Shown one piece after another: positions 48,659 to 58,692 of a DNA stretch of 64,000 nt. Origin of the DNA: Alphaproteobacteria bacterium (GTDB lineage: Bacteria; Pseudomonadota; Alphaproteobacteria; UBA8366; Aestuariispiraceae); the NCBI GenBank assembly GCA_036677425.1, contig JARFVT010000012.1, positions 20,583 to 84,582 of the forward strand, read 5' to 3'. Positions within the stretch are counted from its first letter, which is position 1. Each line of letters begins with the position of its first letter. The notes under the pieces are model-generated. The model did not search any database, had not been told where the DNA came from, and was given only the letters and a program-made list of their open reading frames with translations. The position numbers and the translations under genes were made by a program.

Positions 48659-49945
48659 ATGACAAATTCGATATGGCATAGAAATTCAAAAATAAACATT
48701 AATACTAGACCATTAGATGATAATATTAAATGTGATACTTTAATAATCGGGGGTGGCTTTAGCGGCTGTTCAACCGCCTTGCATTTAGCCAAGTCAGGAC
48801 AAAATGTCGTGATTTTAGAGGCTAAAAATTTTGGTTATGGTGCATCAAGCCGCAATGTTGGACTGCTTAATGCAGGGTTATGGACAAACCCCGATATTGT
48901 TGAAAAAAAATTGGGGCTGGCAGCTGGGCAGAAATTAAATCAAATTTTAGCCGCCGCACCAGAATATGTATTTAAATTAATTAAAAACTATAATATGGAT
49001 TGTGCCGCCAAAAATATTGGTACATTGCATTTAAGCCATAATATTGCGGGGATGCGTAATATTGAAGATAGGGCGGCACAATTAATAAAACGCGGCGCAA
49101 ATATCGAAATATTAAATGCTAATCAAACAGGAAAGTTAACAGGTAGCAAAATTTTTAAATCAAGCCTACTTGATCACCGTGCAGGCGTGATTAACCCGTT
49201 GGATTATCTGCGTGGCTTGGCAAATGCAGCGATAGATAATGGTGCAAGATTATTTAATGATAGCCCAGCCATATCATTGACAAAAGCGCAAGATAAATGG
49301 CTAGTTAAAAGCAATAATGGCGAAATATTAACAAAAAAAATAATCATTGCGGTTAACGCCTATGGTGGTAATTTGATACCACGAATCAGAAATAATTTTA
49401 TTCCCATATATTTTAGCCAATTTGCAACCAAGCCATTGCCCAATGAATTGCGACAATCAATTTTACCGCATGGTCATGGTTGTTGGGATACATCAAAAGT
49501 TATGCGCTCATTCAGGCTTGATCAAGATGGTCGCCTGATAATTGGCACTATGGGCAAATTACCCAATGGTGATAATGGTTACCTCAGCCGCTGGGCAAAA
49601 ATGACATTATTGCAAATATTTCCGCAATTGGCACAATTTGGTAAGATTGAATGGCAAGATTGCTGGGATGGTATTATTGCCTATACGCCTGATAATATGC
49701 CACGATTATATGAATTGGATGATAATATATTGGCAATCATGGGCTATAATGGTCGCGGTATTGCGCCTGCAACTGTATTTGGTAAGGCAATTGCCGATTA
49801 TATTAAAACTGGTGATCAACAAGATTTGCCATTTCCATTGACCCAACCAAAAACCATCAAAACACATGTCTTTCAAAGTTGTTTTTATGAATTAGCCTCG
49901 CAAATGGAACATAGATTTGGCATTATCTCAAAATTAGGCATGTGA
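48659..49945 (+). CDS. FAD-dependent oxidoreductase (DAO family)
   Basis: N-terminal dinucleotide-binding motif DTLIIGGGFSGCSTALHLAKSG, 428 aa. Confidence 0.8.
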   Translation: MTNSIWHRNSKININTRPLDDNIKCDTLIIGGGFSGCSTALHLAKSGQNVVILEAKNFGYGASSRNVGLLNAGLWTNPDIVEKKLGLAAGQKLNQILAAAPEYVFKLIKNYNMDCAAKNIGTLHLSHNIAGMRNIEDRAAQLIKRGANIEILNANQTGKLTGSKIFKSSLLDHRAGVINPLDYLRGLANAAIDNGARLFNDSPAISLTKAQDKWLVKSNNGEILTKKIIIAVNAYGGNLIPRIRNNFIPIYFSQFATKPLPNELRQSILPHGHGCWDTSKVMRSFRLDQDGRLIIGTMGKLPNGDNGYLSRWAKMTLLQIFPQLAQFGKIEWQDCWDGIIAYTPDNMPRLYELDDNILAIMGYNGRGIAPATVFGKAIADYIKTGDQQDLPFPLTQPKTIKTHVFQSCFYELASQMEHRFGIISKLGM

Positions 49946-49957
49946 ATATAATAATTC

Positions 49958-51139
49958 TTAATCGATATATTTTTGCGCCATTATAATCATGCCATCAACG
50001 GCAATGCCATGTTCATAACGCAATATATCTTGGTTGAAATTTATAATGTTAAATCCCGCCATTGCTAAACATGATTTCACATAGTTAGATTGGTGATTAT
50101 AACGACCGCTGGCTTGTAAATTATAACCATTATTATCATCATTAGATTGTTGATATTTGTTCAATTCTAATGAAAAGGCAAAATGACCATTATCTTTAAG
50201 GGCAAATGCCATGGCCTTAAAAATATCTGTTAAATCGCCGAAATAACATAAAACATCCGCCGCCGTTACCATGTGATAATATGTGGCATGTTGGTTTAAA
50301 AAATTGGTTATTTCTCCATGAATAACCTTGTCATAACCACCACGTGCAACGGCTTTTTGCAACATTTTTTGTGATAAATCAACGCCAGTTAATTGGCTGG
50401 CATAGGGGCGTAAATATTTTGATAATAAACCCGTGCCGCAACCTGCATCCAAGATATTAATTGCCGAATTATCAGGTTTAAACTTTTCTATATTTGCAAA
50501 AATATCCGCAACCAGACCACCAATTAATTTAGGGGCCTGATAATCTAAATCTGCCAGTTTTTTATCAAAATCCACAGAAAAATCATCAAATATTTCTGTA
50601 ATAAAAACTTCATCCGCTTTTGTTGGCGCTGTCATGCCCGCAACCGCCGCGCCCATATGTCTGGCATCGGCAATTTTTGGATATTGCAATAACCATTGCT
50701 TGGCAATTTTTACCGATTTTTTAATTTCACCGATATTATGCAATTCATATAATGCCTTGCCTAAATTAGAATGCGCCACCAAATCATCGCCATTATATTT
50801 TATTGCTGCCCATAGATTATCAACCGCCAATATGGGCATATCCAATTCATAATAGGCCAAACCAAGATTGGCAAAATCACAAAATTTATCAGCGTTAATT
50901 ATCGATGCCTGACTTAGCCTATTGGCGGCTTTTTGATAATCATCTTGTTGAATTGCAATTTCACCCGACCATTCCAATGCGGTGTAATTATCGGCCTCGA
51001 TTGATAATATCCGATCATAAATCGCTGCTGCTTGTGATAATTTACCATCGCGGTAAGCATCCATTGCATCTTCCAGCAAGCTTGGAATATCAATAATTTT
51101 AGGCATCAAGTTAATCAGATTTTTCCGTGAAATCACCAT
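49958..51139 (-). CDS. TPR-repeat protein fused to a class I SAM-dependent methyltransferase
   Basis: TPR-like N-terminal half. The C-terminal half has ILDAGCGTGLLSKYL...GVDLSQKML. The alternative start ATG 51106 avoids overlap with yciB. Confidence 0.8.
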   Translation of the reverse strand: MVISRKNLINLMPKIIDIPSLLEDAMDAYRDGKLSQAAAIYDRILSIEADNYTALEWSGEIAIQQDDYQKAANRLSQASIINADKFCDFANLGLAYYELDMPILAVDNLWAAIKYNGDDLVAHSNLGKALYELHNIGEIKKSVKIAKQWLLQYPKIADARHMGAAVAGMTAPTKADEVFITEIFDDFSVDFDKKLADLDYQAPKLIGGLVADIFANIEKFKPDNSAINILDAGCGTGLLSKYLRPYASQLTGVDLSQKMLQKAVARGGYDKVIHGEITNFLNQHATYYHMVTAADVLCYFGDLTDIFKAMAFALKDNGHFAFSLELNKYQQSNDDNNGYNLQASGRYNHQSNYVKSCLAMAGFNIINFNQDILRYEHGIAVDGMIIMAQKYID

Positions 51140-51686
51140 GTTTATGGATGAATGGTAATTGGCTGGCGATGAAAAGAAATGTTAAGCCAAGCAGGCCAAA
51201 TACCTTGAATGTTACCCAGAAATCGGTTGATTGCGTGCGCCAGACAAATTCATTGGCAATCGCGGCAATGATAAAAAATATTATAAATCTAATGGTCAAT
51301 ATTCGCCATGCGCTATCGGCCATTTTCATTGATTTACCAAATAATGGTTTTAACCATATGCGTTTAAATAATAACCCAACGCCAAGTATAATCGCAAAGG
51401 CAAATTGAACGATAGTTGGTTTCATTTTTATGAAAGTATCATCTTCTAAATAAATAGTTAAACCACCAAAAACACCGACAACAACGGCAGTGATTAATGG
51501 CATTATCGGCAAACGTTTAACGGTGATTAATGATATGATAACCGCAATAAGGGTGGTGGCGATAATGACCTTGGTTGCCAACATGATATCGCCATACCAA
51601 TAGGCCAGAAAAAATGTGCCAAGCGGCAAATAATCCACCACAGGCTTAAGCCAGCGCGGTTCAGCTTTTTTATTATTTTCACTCAT
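51111..51686 (-). CDS. yciB: Intracellular septation protein A (YciB/IspZ family)
   Basis: 191-aa 5-TM protein. LKPVVDYLPLGTFFLAYWYGDIMLAT...IKMKPTIV is typical of the family. Confidence 0.85.
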   Translation of the reverse strand: MSENNKKAEPRWLKPVVDYLPLGTFFLAYWYGDIMLATKVIIATTLIAVIISLITVKRLPIMPLITAVVVGVFGGLTIYLEDDTFIKMKPTIVQFAFAIILGVGLLFKRIWLKPLFGKSMKMADSAWRILTIRFIIFFIIAAIANEFVWRTQSTDFWVTFKVFGLLGLTFLFIASQLPFIHKHGDFTEKSD

Positions 51687-51777
51687 ACAAATCTTCCATA
51701 AATTTATTTTAGGCCATCAAATATTGTTATAATCATATGCGGAGAAATCACCAGCATAAATTATAATTATATGATTA

Positions 51778-52626
51778 TTAAGCAATATTCATAATAATAA
51801 CCCCAGATGCAACACAAATTGCGGCAAATATTCGTTTAATACCAAAGCTTTCCTTTAAAATCACCACACCAATTATCGATGCCAATATGGTCGATGTTTC
51901 ACGCAACGCAGATACATGCGCCATTGCCCCCATGCTCATGACAAATATAACCAAACCATAGGCAGTTGTGGCAAAAACAGTACCACCAAATGCAACCAAT
52001 GGCTTTTTTTGAATAAAATTAACAACATCACGCGCTCGCCAAAAAATTGCCCATATAAGAAATGGTATTCCTTCAAGCACGAATAACCAAGATATATAAC
52101 CTATTCTATCGCCTGCAAGCCTGACCCCTGCGCCGTCAAGTAAGGTATAACAAGCGATAAAAAAGCCCGTAGCTAGGGCAAATGCAACTGGTTGCAATTG
52201 TTCAAGCTTTGTCCAGCCCTTACCAAAGGCTAAACTAATAATACCAATAGATGCAAGGCACATACCAGCCAATGCATTTAATGATAATATTTCACCAATG
52301 AAAATAAATGCCCCACCTGCGACCAATAATGGCGCGATGCCACGTGATATAGGGTAAACATGGCTTAAATCCCCCACACGATATGACAATAATAAAAATA
52401 AATAATATAAATAATGCACAAGAACTGATGTGATTAAATACCCCCATGCGGCTTTATCTGGGAAAGCAACGAATGGAGTTATTGCCAAACAAATTAAACC
52501 GCCACCAATGGCAATCACACTAACCATAATAACCCGATGTTCCGATGACTTAACAAGCGCATTCCATGTCGCATGTAATGCTGCTGCCAATAAAACCAAC
52601 GCAATCATTGACATATCCAACGCCAT
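51778..52626 (-). CDS. DMT-superfamily (EamA-like) transporter
   Basis: 282 aa with 10 hydrophobic segments and an EamA-like duplication. Confidence 0.85.
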   Translation of the reverse strand: MALDMSMIALVLLAAALHATWNALVKSSEHRVIMVSVIAIGGGLICLAITPFVAFPDKAAWGYLITSVLVHYLYYLFLLLSYRVGDLSHVYPISRGIAPLLVAGGAFIFIGEILSLNALAGMCLASIGIISLAFGKGWTKLEQLQPVAFALATGFFIACYTLLDGAGVRLAGDRIGYISWLFVLEGIPFLIWAIFWRARDVVNFIQKKPLVAFGGTVFATTAYGLVIFVMSMGAMAHVSALRETSTILASIIGVVILKESFGIKRIFAAICVASGVIIMNIA

Positions 52627-52755
52627 TTATTTAACTCCTTAATTATGTCTTAATAGATATATTCTTTAATATTATATAAATATTAATATTACTATTATTA
52701 AGATATTTATATTGCATATGTTTGCTTTTTTAAGAATCTTTGTTAAATTAATAAA

Positions 52756-53004
52756 ATGGAAAATAATAATTCAATTTCTGGTCAGGGTTTAAATCGGATT
52801 AAGCTTCCTGGATCCAATTTAAATAGGCCATCACTACCATTAGGGCTTACTAAGACGCAAAGGCAGAAATTGCGATCAAAACGTGACCCTTTTAATTTAG
52901 CGAGGGCATTTTATCGACTTAAATTATTGTTGGAAAAAGATAACGATGCCATACCGCGCGATGATATTCCAAGCAGAGGGTTTTATTTAAATATTTTAGT
53001 TTAA
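52756..53004 (+). CDS. Hypothetical small protein upstream of the response regulator
   Basis: 82-aa track ORF. No family recognised. Confidence 0.35.
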   Translation: MENNNSISGQGLNRIKLPGSNLNRPSLPLGLTKTQRQKLRSKRDPFNLARAFYRLKLLLEKDNDAIPRDDIPSRGFYLNILV

Positions 53005-53075
53005 ATAAATGCTAAATATAAGTTAGAATACGATGTTTATAAGGTTAATTCCCATATTTAAAGGTTTTAAGTCCA

Positions 53076-54161
53076 ATGGCACAATATGACTTTACACGAC
53101 TATCCATATTACTAGTCGAAGACAGTAAATTTATGTGCGACCTTATGTCAAGCATTTTGCGGGCAATGGGCATTGAGCGCATCTTGATTGTTAATAACGG
53201 TGAAGAAGCTATTTCTATTATGTCGCCCGTTAACAAGCCTAAAGATTCTATGGTTGGGTTTTCTGGTGTTGACATTGTCATAAGTGATTTTTTTATGCCC
53301 GTGGTTGATGGCGGCATGTTTTTGCGCTGGATACGCTTAGCACCTAAATCACCCGATAGATTTTTACCATTCATAATGATGTCCGCTGCCGCAGATCGTG
53401 ATATAATCATTAAGGCACGCGATGCTGGTGTTGATGAATTTTTATCCAAACCATTTTCTGCAACTTCTATTATGCAACGGCTAGTATCGGTTATTGAAAA
53501 TCAACGGCGAATAATTTATTGCCCAACTTATTTTGGCCCCGATAGAAGGCGAAGAGAAAAAAAAGTGGATAATAACCGTAGAAAAATGAAAAAAGAAGAT
53601 ATTGAAATAATATATTCGGGCAAAGAACTCTCTTCGCTACAAAATAGCAAAAAGAAAGTATGGATTTTTAAGATGCCACGTAGCTTAAAAAATAAGCTAG
53701 CGACGGGGTCTACCGATAAAAATGAACCCGCATTTGACCCTAAAATGATTGCCGCTGCTGAGAAAAAAGTAGCAGATATGGAAGGGGATTATTCTGATTG
53801 GGTTAGCAGCAGCATTGAAGAATTAGTTCAAGCACATCATCGTTCAATAGAGGATATTGAAAATGCCGAAGATTGTTTGGTTAGTATAAATCGTATTTCC
53901 CATGAATTACGCGGACAAGGTGGTATTTTTGGATATCCATTAATAACTAAATTTGGTAAATCACTTTATGATTGTTCAGGTGAGAGAACGGAAATAACCC
54001 CACCTTTACTTGATTTAATCAAAGCACATATAGATTTAATTAAGGTTGTTATGACACAAAAAATCAAAGGCGATGGCGGAAAAATTGGTAAGGATCTATT
54101 AGTTAATTTAAACGAAGCCAATAAAAAACACGCCGCACATAGCAAAGATATAAAAAAATAA
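53076..54161 (+). CDS. Response regulator receiver domain fused to a C-terminal HPt domain
   Basis: REC motifs (ILLVEDS..., VISDFFMPVVDG, SKPF), a linker with FGPDRRRREKK, and a C-terminal HPt-like ISHELRGQGGIFGYPLI. Confidence 0.8.
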   Translation: MAQYDFTRLSILLVEDSKFMCDLMSSILRAMGIERILIVNNGEEAISIMSPVNKPKDSMVGFSGVDIVISDFFMPVVDGGMFLRWIRLAPKSPDRFLPFIMMSAAADRDIIIKARDAGVDEFLSKPFSATSIMQRLVSVIENQRRIIYCPTYFGPDRRRREKKVDNNRRKMKKEDIEIIYSGKELSSLQNSKKKVWIFKMPRSLKNKLATGSTDKNEPAFDPKMIAAAEKKVADMEGDYSDWVSSSIEELVQAHHRSIEDIENAEDCLVSINRISHELRGQGGIFGYPLITKFGKSLYDCSGERTEITPPLLDLIKAHIDLIKVVMTQKIKGDGGKIGKDLLVNLNEANKKHAAHSKDIKK

Positions 54162-54182
54162 CCTAATATATTAATTTAAAAT

Positions 54183-54536
54183 TTATATTATGTTGTTTTT
54201 ATCTGAAACCAAGTTAGAAAATGCCGCTAGATTACTGCGCATATTTTGGCGACTAATTAATTTACGTTGTGCTAATAATGGTAGATCAGTAAAATTAATA
54301 ATATTTTTTGCAATCAAAACATTAACCAAATCTTCGATTATTCGTGCCATTGCATTATCTGTACGCACTAATTTATTTATAAATTGCTCAGAATCTCTTA
54401 GCTCTGATTTTGCTATTTTACTTAAATACTCGATTATTTCCTTATTATCTTCCGTCAAAAATTCTTGTTCATCATTGGTGGCATTATCGCTAATTTTAAT
54501 AATATAACCATTTGAATCTCTGCTTATATATGGCAA
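54183..54536 (-). CDS. Hypothetical protein
   Basis: 117 aa with a coding-like helical C-terminus (ARIIEDLVNVLIAKNIINFTDLPLLAQRKL). Confidence 0.5.
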   Translation of the reverse strand: MPYISRDSNGYIIKISDNATNDEQEFLTEDNKEIIEYLSKIAKSELRDSEQFINKLVRTDNAMARIIEDLVNVLIAKNIINFTDLPLLAQRKLISRQNMRSNLAAFSNLVSDKNNII

Positions 54537-54634
54537 AATAATAATCCTTTTTAGTCAAATATTAACCAAGCTTTTGTCAAAAAAAATCAAATCTTCATGG
54601 CAAGCAAATAGAGTATTATATATTTATATTTTAT

Positions 54635-55189
54635 CTATTTACCACGGTTATGCATAAAAACCCGTGCTACTTCATTAGTTGATGCACCAGTTATTTCACT
54701 GACACGTTTAAGGCTAAGCCCATCTTTCAACAAAACAGTAATAAGACGAACCCGATCTTTTTCTGTTACTCTATGACGTTTATGCCAATCACGCGGTGGT
54801 TTCTTTTTCTTAATCTTAGGGGCATTAACATTTGGCACAACAGGGTTTTCATTAAGGCCGCGTTGCTGCGCTTCGTAAACCGCACGGTTATATTGATATT
54901 TTACCCGTGCCTCATTATCATTCATCATGCCAATACCGCCATTGGCCCATGCTTTTGATATATTTTCGGCTTTTTCTCGCATTTCAGAAAAATCAATGCG
55001 ACCACTATTATAACCGCTATGGGTTTCTTCTATCGCTTCTTCTAACGACATATCCCAACTGCTGGCCATACGTTCAGCCGCAAATCTGGCGGCTTCTTTT
55101 TCTCCTTCAACCGTCGCCGCATTCATCATCACAATAACTTTGCGAAAGCGCTCTTGCTCTTTATCTGGAATCATTTTTTTCATAATCAC
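54635..55189 (-). CDS. Hypothetical protein with a C-terminal HTH-like segment
   Basis: 184 aa. The N-terminus EGEKEAARFAAERMA is DUF2786-like. The C-terminus is LSLKRVSEITGASTNEVARVFMHN. Confidence 0.5.
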   Translation of the reverse strand: MIMKKMIPDKEQERFRKVIVMMNAATVEGEKEAARFAAERMASSWDMSLEEAIEETHSGYNSGRIDFSEMREKAENISKAWANGGIGMMNDNEARVKYQYNRAVYEAQQRGLNENPVVPNVNAPKIKKKKPPRDWHKRHRVTEKDRVRLITVLLKDGLSLKRVSEITGASTNEVARVFMHNRGK

Positions 55190-55301
55190 CTATTTTATCC
55201 TATACGACGATATAATTTCAAGAGGCTTTAACAAAAAAAATGGAAAAATCTATATTAAAATTAAATAAATTCGATATTATCTATCATAAGATGATAATAT
55301 A

Positions 55302-55472
55302 TTATCTCGTTTGTTGTATTCGCTCTATTTCATCCTTAATTTCAAGTTTTTTATGTTTTAATGAACGAAGAGCATCTTCATCCGGTTTCGGTCTTGAATT
55401 TTCATTATCAAGTTTTGCTTCTAAATCTTCATGTTTACCCCGTAACATATTAATGCGACCTTCAATGCTCAT
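55302..55472 (-). CDS. DUF465 (YdcH-like) small protein, 56 aa, missing from the supplied ORF track
   Basis: Own translation: MSIEGRINMLRGKHEDLEAKLDNENSRPKPDEDALRSLKHKKLEIKDEIERIQQTR*. The H..L...I......P..D...L..LK..KL..KDEI pattern is typical of DUF465. Confidence 0.7.
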   Translation of the reverse strand: MSIEGRINMLRGKHEDLEAKLDNENSRPKPDEDALRSLKHKKLEIKDEIERIQQTR

Positions 55473-55657
55473 TTTATTATCCTTATATTCTTAAAAGTAA
55501 ACTATCTTTACCTGTATTATATATTTACGATATATCTTATAATCAAGACAGCACATAAAATAACTTAACAAATATTGAGCTAGGCCATTTTTAATTAGAC
55601 GCAACATGTGCCATAGCTGTATGTTAGTCTTTAATTTTAAAAAGTCGAGAAATCTTT

Positions 55658-56236
55658 ATGGCAAAAAAACTTCTAATAGGAATAACTGGTGCATCTGGCG
55701 CAATTTACGGCATCAGATTATTGCAAATTTTGCGTGATTTAAATGTGGAAACTCATTTAGTAATTTCAAAAGCCGCAGAAATGACCATTGCATATGAAAG
55801 CGATTATAGCGCAAAAGACGTAAAAAAAATTGCCAACCACTGCTATGCTATTGGTGATATTGGCGCATCACCTGCAAGTGGATCATATAAATTTGACGGC
55901 ATGATAATTGCCCCTTGCTCAATGAAAAGCTTGGCAGAAATTGCAACAGGGATTGGAGGAAATTTAATTAGCAGATCAGCCGATGTTATGTTAAAAGAAC
56001 GTCGCCGTTTAGTTCTTATGACCCGTGAAACACCCTTAAATAATATACATTTAAAAAATATGTTAACAGCATCACGCGCTGGTGCAATAATTGCCCCACC
56101 AATGCCAGCATTTTATACAAGGCCAGATAATATTGAGCAAATAATAGACCATAATATTAGCCGCATTTTAGATTTATTCACCATTGATACGGGCATAGTC
56201 AAACAATGGAGTGGCAAGCCCAAAAAAGCCAATTAA
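55658..56236 (+). CDS. ubiX: Flavin prenyltransferase UbiX
   Basis: LLIGITGASGAIYGIRLL...APCSMKSLAEIATG...RRRLVLMTRETPL are canonical. Confidence 0.93.
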   Translation: MAKKLLIGITGASGAIYGIRLLQILRDLNVETHLVISKAAEMTIAYESDYSAKDVKKIANHCYAIGDIGASPASGSYKFDGMIIAPCSMKSLAEIATGIGGNLISRSADVMLKERRRLVLMTRETPLNNIHLKNMLTASRAGAIIAPPMPAFYTRPDNIEQIIDHNISRILDLFTIDTGIVKQWSGKPKKAN

Positions 56237-56301
56237 TATATTTAGCCCCTGCCAGCCAATAAAATATATTTTAATAATATTTTTTTTATGATAAAATTTT
56301 A

Positions 56302-56320
56302 TATCGATATTTTATCGATA
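56302..56320. promoter_or_regulatory. Two copies of the 8-bp palindrome TATCGATA, 11 bp centre to centre, upstream of pyk
   Basis: Copies at 56302-56309 and 56313-56320, read directly. They lie about 30 bp upstream of the TTG start. Confidence 0.25.
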
Positions 56321-56348
56321 TAAACTTAACCCATATGGAGTTTATATA

Positions 56349-57785
56349 TTGCGCCGCAAACATCTTACAAAAATTGTAGCAACTCTTGGCCCATCTAGCC
56401 AAAGCGATCGTCAAATTGAAGAGTTATTCATGGCTGGAGTTGATGTTTTTCGACTTAATTTTAGCCATGGCAAACATAGCGAACATGAAAAGAGATTAAA
56501 AACCATTCGTGCATTGGAGCGTAAAACAAGCCGTCCAATCGCCGTTATTATGGATTTGCAAGGACCTAAATTACGTGTTGGATGCTTTGCAGATGATGCG
56601 GTTGAGTTAATCACAGATGCAGAATTTCGCCTTGATATGAGCGATAAAAAAGGCGATATCACACGGGTAAATTTACCTCATCCTGAAATTTTTAAGGCAT
56701 TAAAAACTGGTTCAAAATTATTATTGGACGATGGTAAAATTTGCTTAAAAGTTGAACAATGCGGCGATGATTACGCCATAACAAAAGTCATTGTCGGTGG
56801 TAAATTAAGTGACCGCAAAGGCGTTAATGTTCCTGGTGTTATATTACCAATTTCCCCTTTGACGAAAAAAGATTTGGCCGATATGGAATTTGGCCTTAAT
56901 GCAGGGGTTGATTGGTGTGCGTTGAGCTTTGTTCAACGACCCGAGGATATAATAGAAGCTAGAAAATTAATCAAAGGCAGGGCTGCTATTCTTGCCAAAC
57001 TTGAAAAACCGTCTGCTATTCAACAATTGGATGCCATTGTTGAACTTGCCGATGGTATAATGGTGGCGCGTGGTGATCTTGGCGTTGAAATGAACCCTGA
57101 AGATGTACCAATTTTACAACATCGCATTATTAAAATGTGCCGCAAAGAAGGCAAGCCAGTTATTGTTGCAACGCAAATGCTTGAGTCTATGATTGATCGA
57201 CCCGTCCCAACAAGGGCAGAGGCAACCGATGTTGCCAATGCAGTTTATGAAGGTGCCGACGCGGTTATGTTATCGGCTGAAACCGCAGCTGGCAGATTTC
57301 CATTGGAATCTGTTAAAATGATGGAGCGTATTATTTTGCGCGTACAAGCAGATGATTTTTATTGGCAACGTCTTGCAAGTCAACGCCTATCACCCGAAGC
57401 CACAACGGCGGACGCAATAAGTTCTGCAGTGCGTCAAGTAGGCGCGACAATCTCTGCTAAGGCCATCGCAACATATACAACATCAGGGTCGACCACTTTG
57501 CGCGTTGCCCGTGAACGCCCAGAAATGCCGATTGTTTGTTTAACACCACGGTATGAAACCGCAAGGCGCATGGCAATTGTTTGGGGTGTTCATTCCGCAA
57601 GAACCCCTGATGCAAGGAATATGGATGATATGGTTGAAACCGCCGTTCAACAATGCCGCATAGATGGTTTTGTTGAAGATGGTGACCGTATTGTTATTAC
57701 AGCTGGGATACCATTTGGCATGCCAGGCAAGACAAATATTTTACGCATTGCCCGCATTAAAGCAAAAGGTACATTACTAGAATAG
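56349..57785 (+). CDS. pyk: Pyruvate kinase
   Basis: KIVATLGPS, FRLNFSHG, MVARGDLGVE and VATQMLESM motifs. TTG start 8 nt after GGAG. Confidence 0.95.
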   Translation: MRRKHLTKIVATLGPSSQSDRQIEELFMAGVDVFRLNFSHGKHSEHEKRLKTIRALERKTSRPIAVIMDLQGPKLRVGCFADDAVELITDAEFRLDMSDKKGDITRVNLPHPEIFKALKTGSKLLLDDGKICLKVEQCGDDYAITKVIVGGKLSDRKGVNVPGVILPISPLTKKDLADMEFGLNAGVDWCALSFVQRPEDIIEARKLIKGRAAILAKLEKPSAIQQLDAIVELADGIMVARGDLGVEMNPEDVPILQHRIIKMCRKEGKPVIVATQMLESMIDRPVPTRAEATDVANAVYEGADAVMLSAETAAGRFPLESVKMMERIILRVQADDFYWQRLASQRLSPEATTADAISSAVRQVGATISAKAIATYTTSGSTTLRVARERPEMPIVCLTPRYETARRMAIVWGVHSARTPDARNMDDMVETAVQQCRIDGFVEDGDRIVITAGIPFGMPGKTNILRIARIKAKGTLLE

Positions 57786-57793
57786 CTATTAAA

Positions 57794-58684
57794 ATGGATC
57801 TGAAAAGTTATTTTAATGTAAATATGACAAGCATGCGCGAGCAATTTTTAATTGCATGTGATGCCATTGGTCTAGGAGTTATTTCATATGCAGGGTATGG
57901 CAGCGGCACCGATGCTGATGAAGAATTTATCTATGCTGATGTGGCTTTAATTGGCTCTCCAGATGCTAAATCATTAGTAATTTTAACCACAAGTGCAGGC
58001 GAGCTATCTGGATATTTTACATCTGATATTTTGACAAAATTTTTATATAAAAAACTATATGCAAAATTACCACCAAATGTAGCATGTTTGCTTATCCATG
58101 CGATAAACCCAAAAGGCCCCATATGGCCAAGCTTTAATGCAATAAATGATGATAATACCCCATTACCACAGGCAAGCGATTGGAAAAATCATTTAATTAT
58201 GGATGCGGCACGCGATTATAATAATAAAAATATACATATGAATAATGGCTATTTAAATCATGATGATATATGCAAATTACCATTATCAAAATTAGCATTA
58301 CCCGCATGGAATATTGATGTTATTAATGACATTGAAAAACGGTTCTTATTAAAGCGTCAACGAATAACCCTAATTAATTTTGAATTAACAAATCAACCTA
58401 CTGCAAATAATGAAAATATGAATGATGACAATATTAATGTATTTTATGCTGAGCGCGCCATCGCCTACCCCCATGCAAAATTAAGTGATTATTTCCATAA
58501 GAAGATCAATAAAATTGCCTTTACTGAAATTCAATCAGCTGTTTTAATTGACCAAGCAGGTAAATATGCAAATGCTATATTATTAAAGGCAGAATTAAAT
58601 CAAAAAACTAACCCGATAGAAAACTGGTCAAATATTGCATCATATATTCAAGCTACATTTAAATATATCAATTTAGTTGTATAA
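57794..58684 (+). CDS. Divergent DUF2817-like (M14 carboxypeptidase-fold) protein that appears to lack the metal ligands
   Basis: REQFLIACDAIG..., DVALIGSPDAKSLVILTTSAGELSGYF and LLIHAINPKG parallel DUF2817 blocks as I remember them. The family HGVEG is replaced by GELSG here. This is a memory-based comparison only. Confidence 0.45.
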   Translation: MDLKSYFNVNMTSMREQFLIACDAIGLGVISYAGYGSGTDADEEFIYADVALIGSPDAKSLVILTTSAGELSGYFTSDILTKFLYKKLYAKLPPNVACLLIHAINPKGPIWPSFNAINDDNTPLPQASDWKNHLIMDAARDYNNKNIHMNNGYLNHDDICKLPLSKLALPAWNIDVINDIEKRFLLKRQRITLINFELTNQPTANNENMNDDNINVFYAERAIAYPHAKLSDYFHKKINKIAFTEIQSAVLIDQAGKYANAILLKAELNQKTNPIENWSNIASYIQATFKYINLVV

Positions 58685-58692
58685 GATATTAA

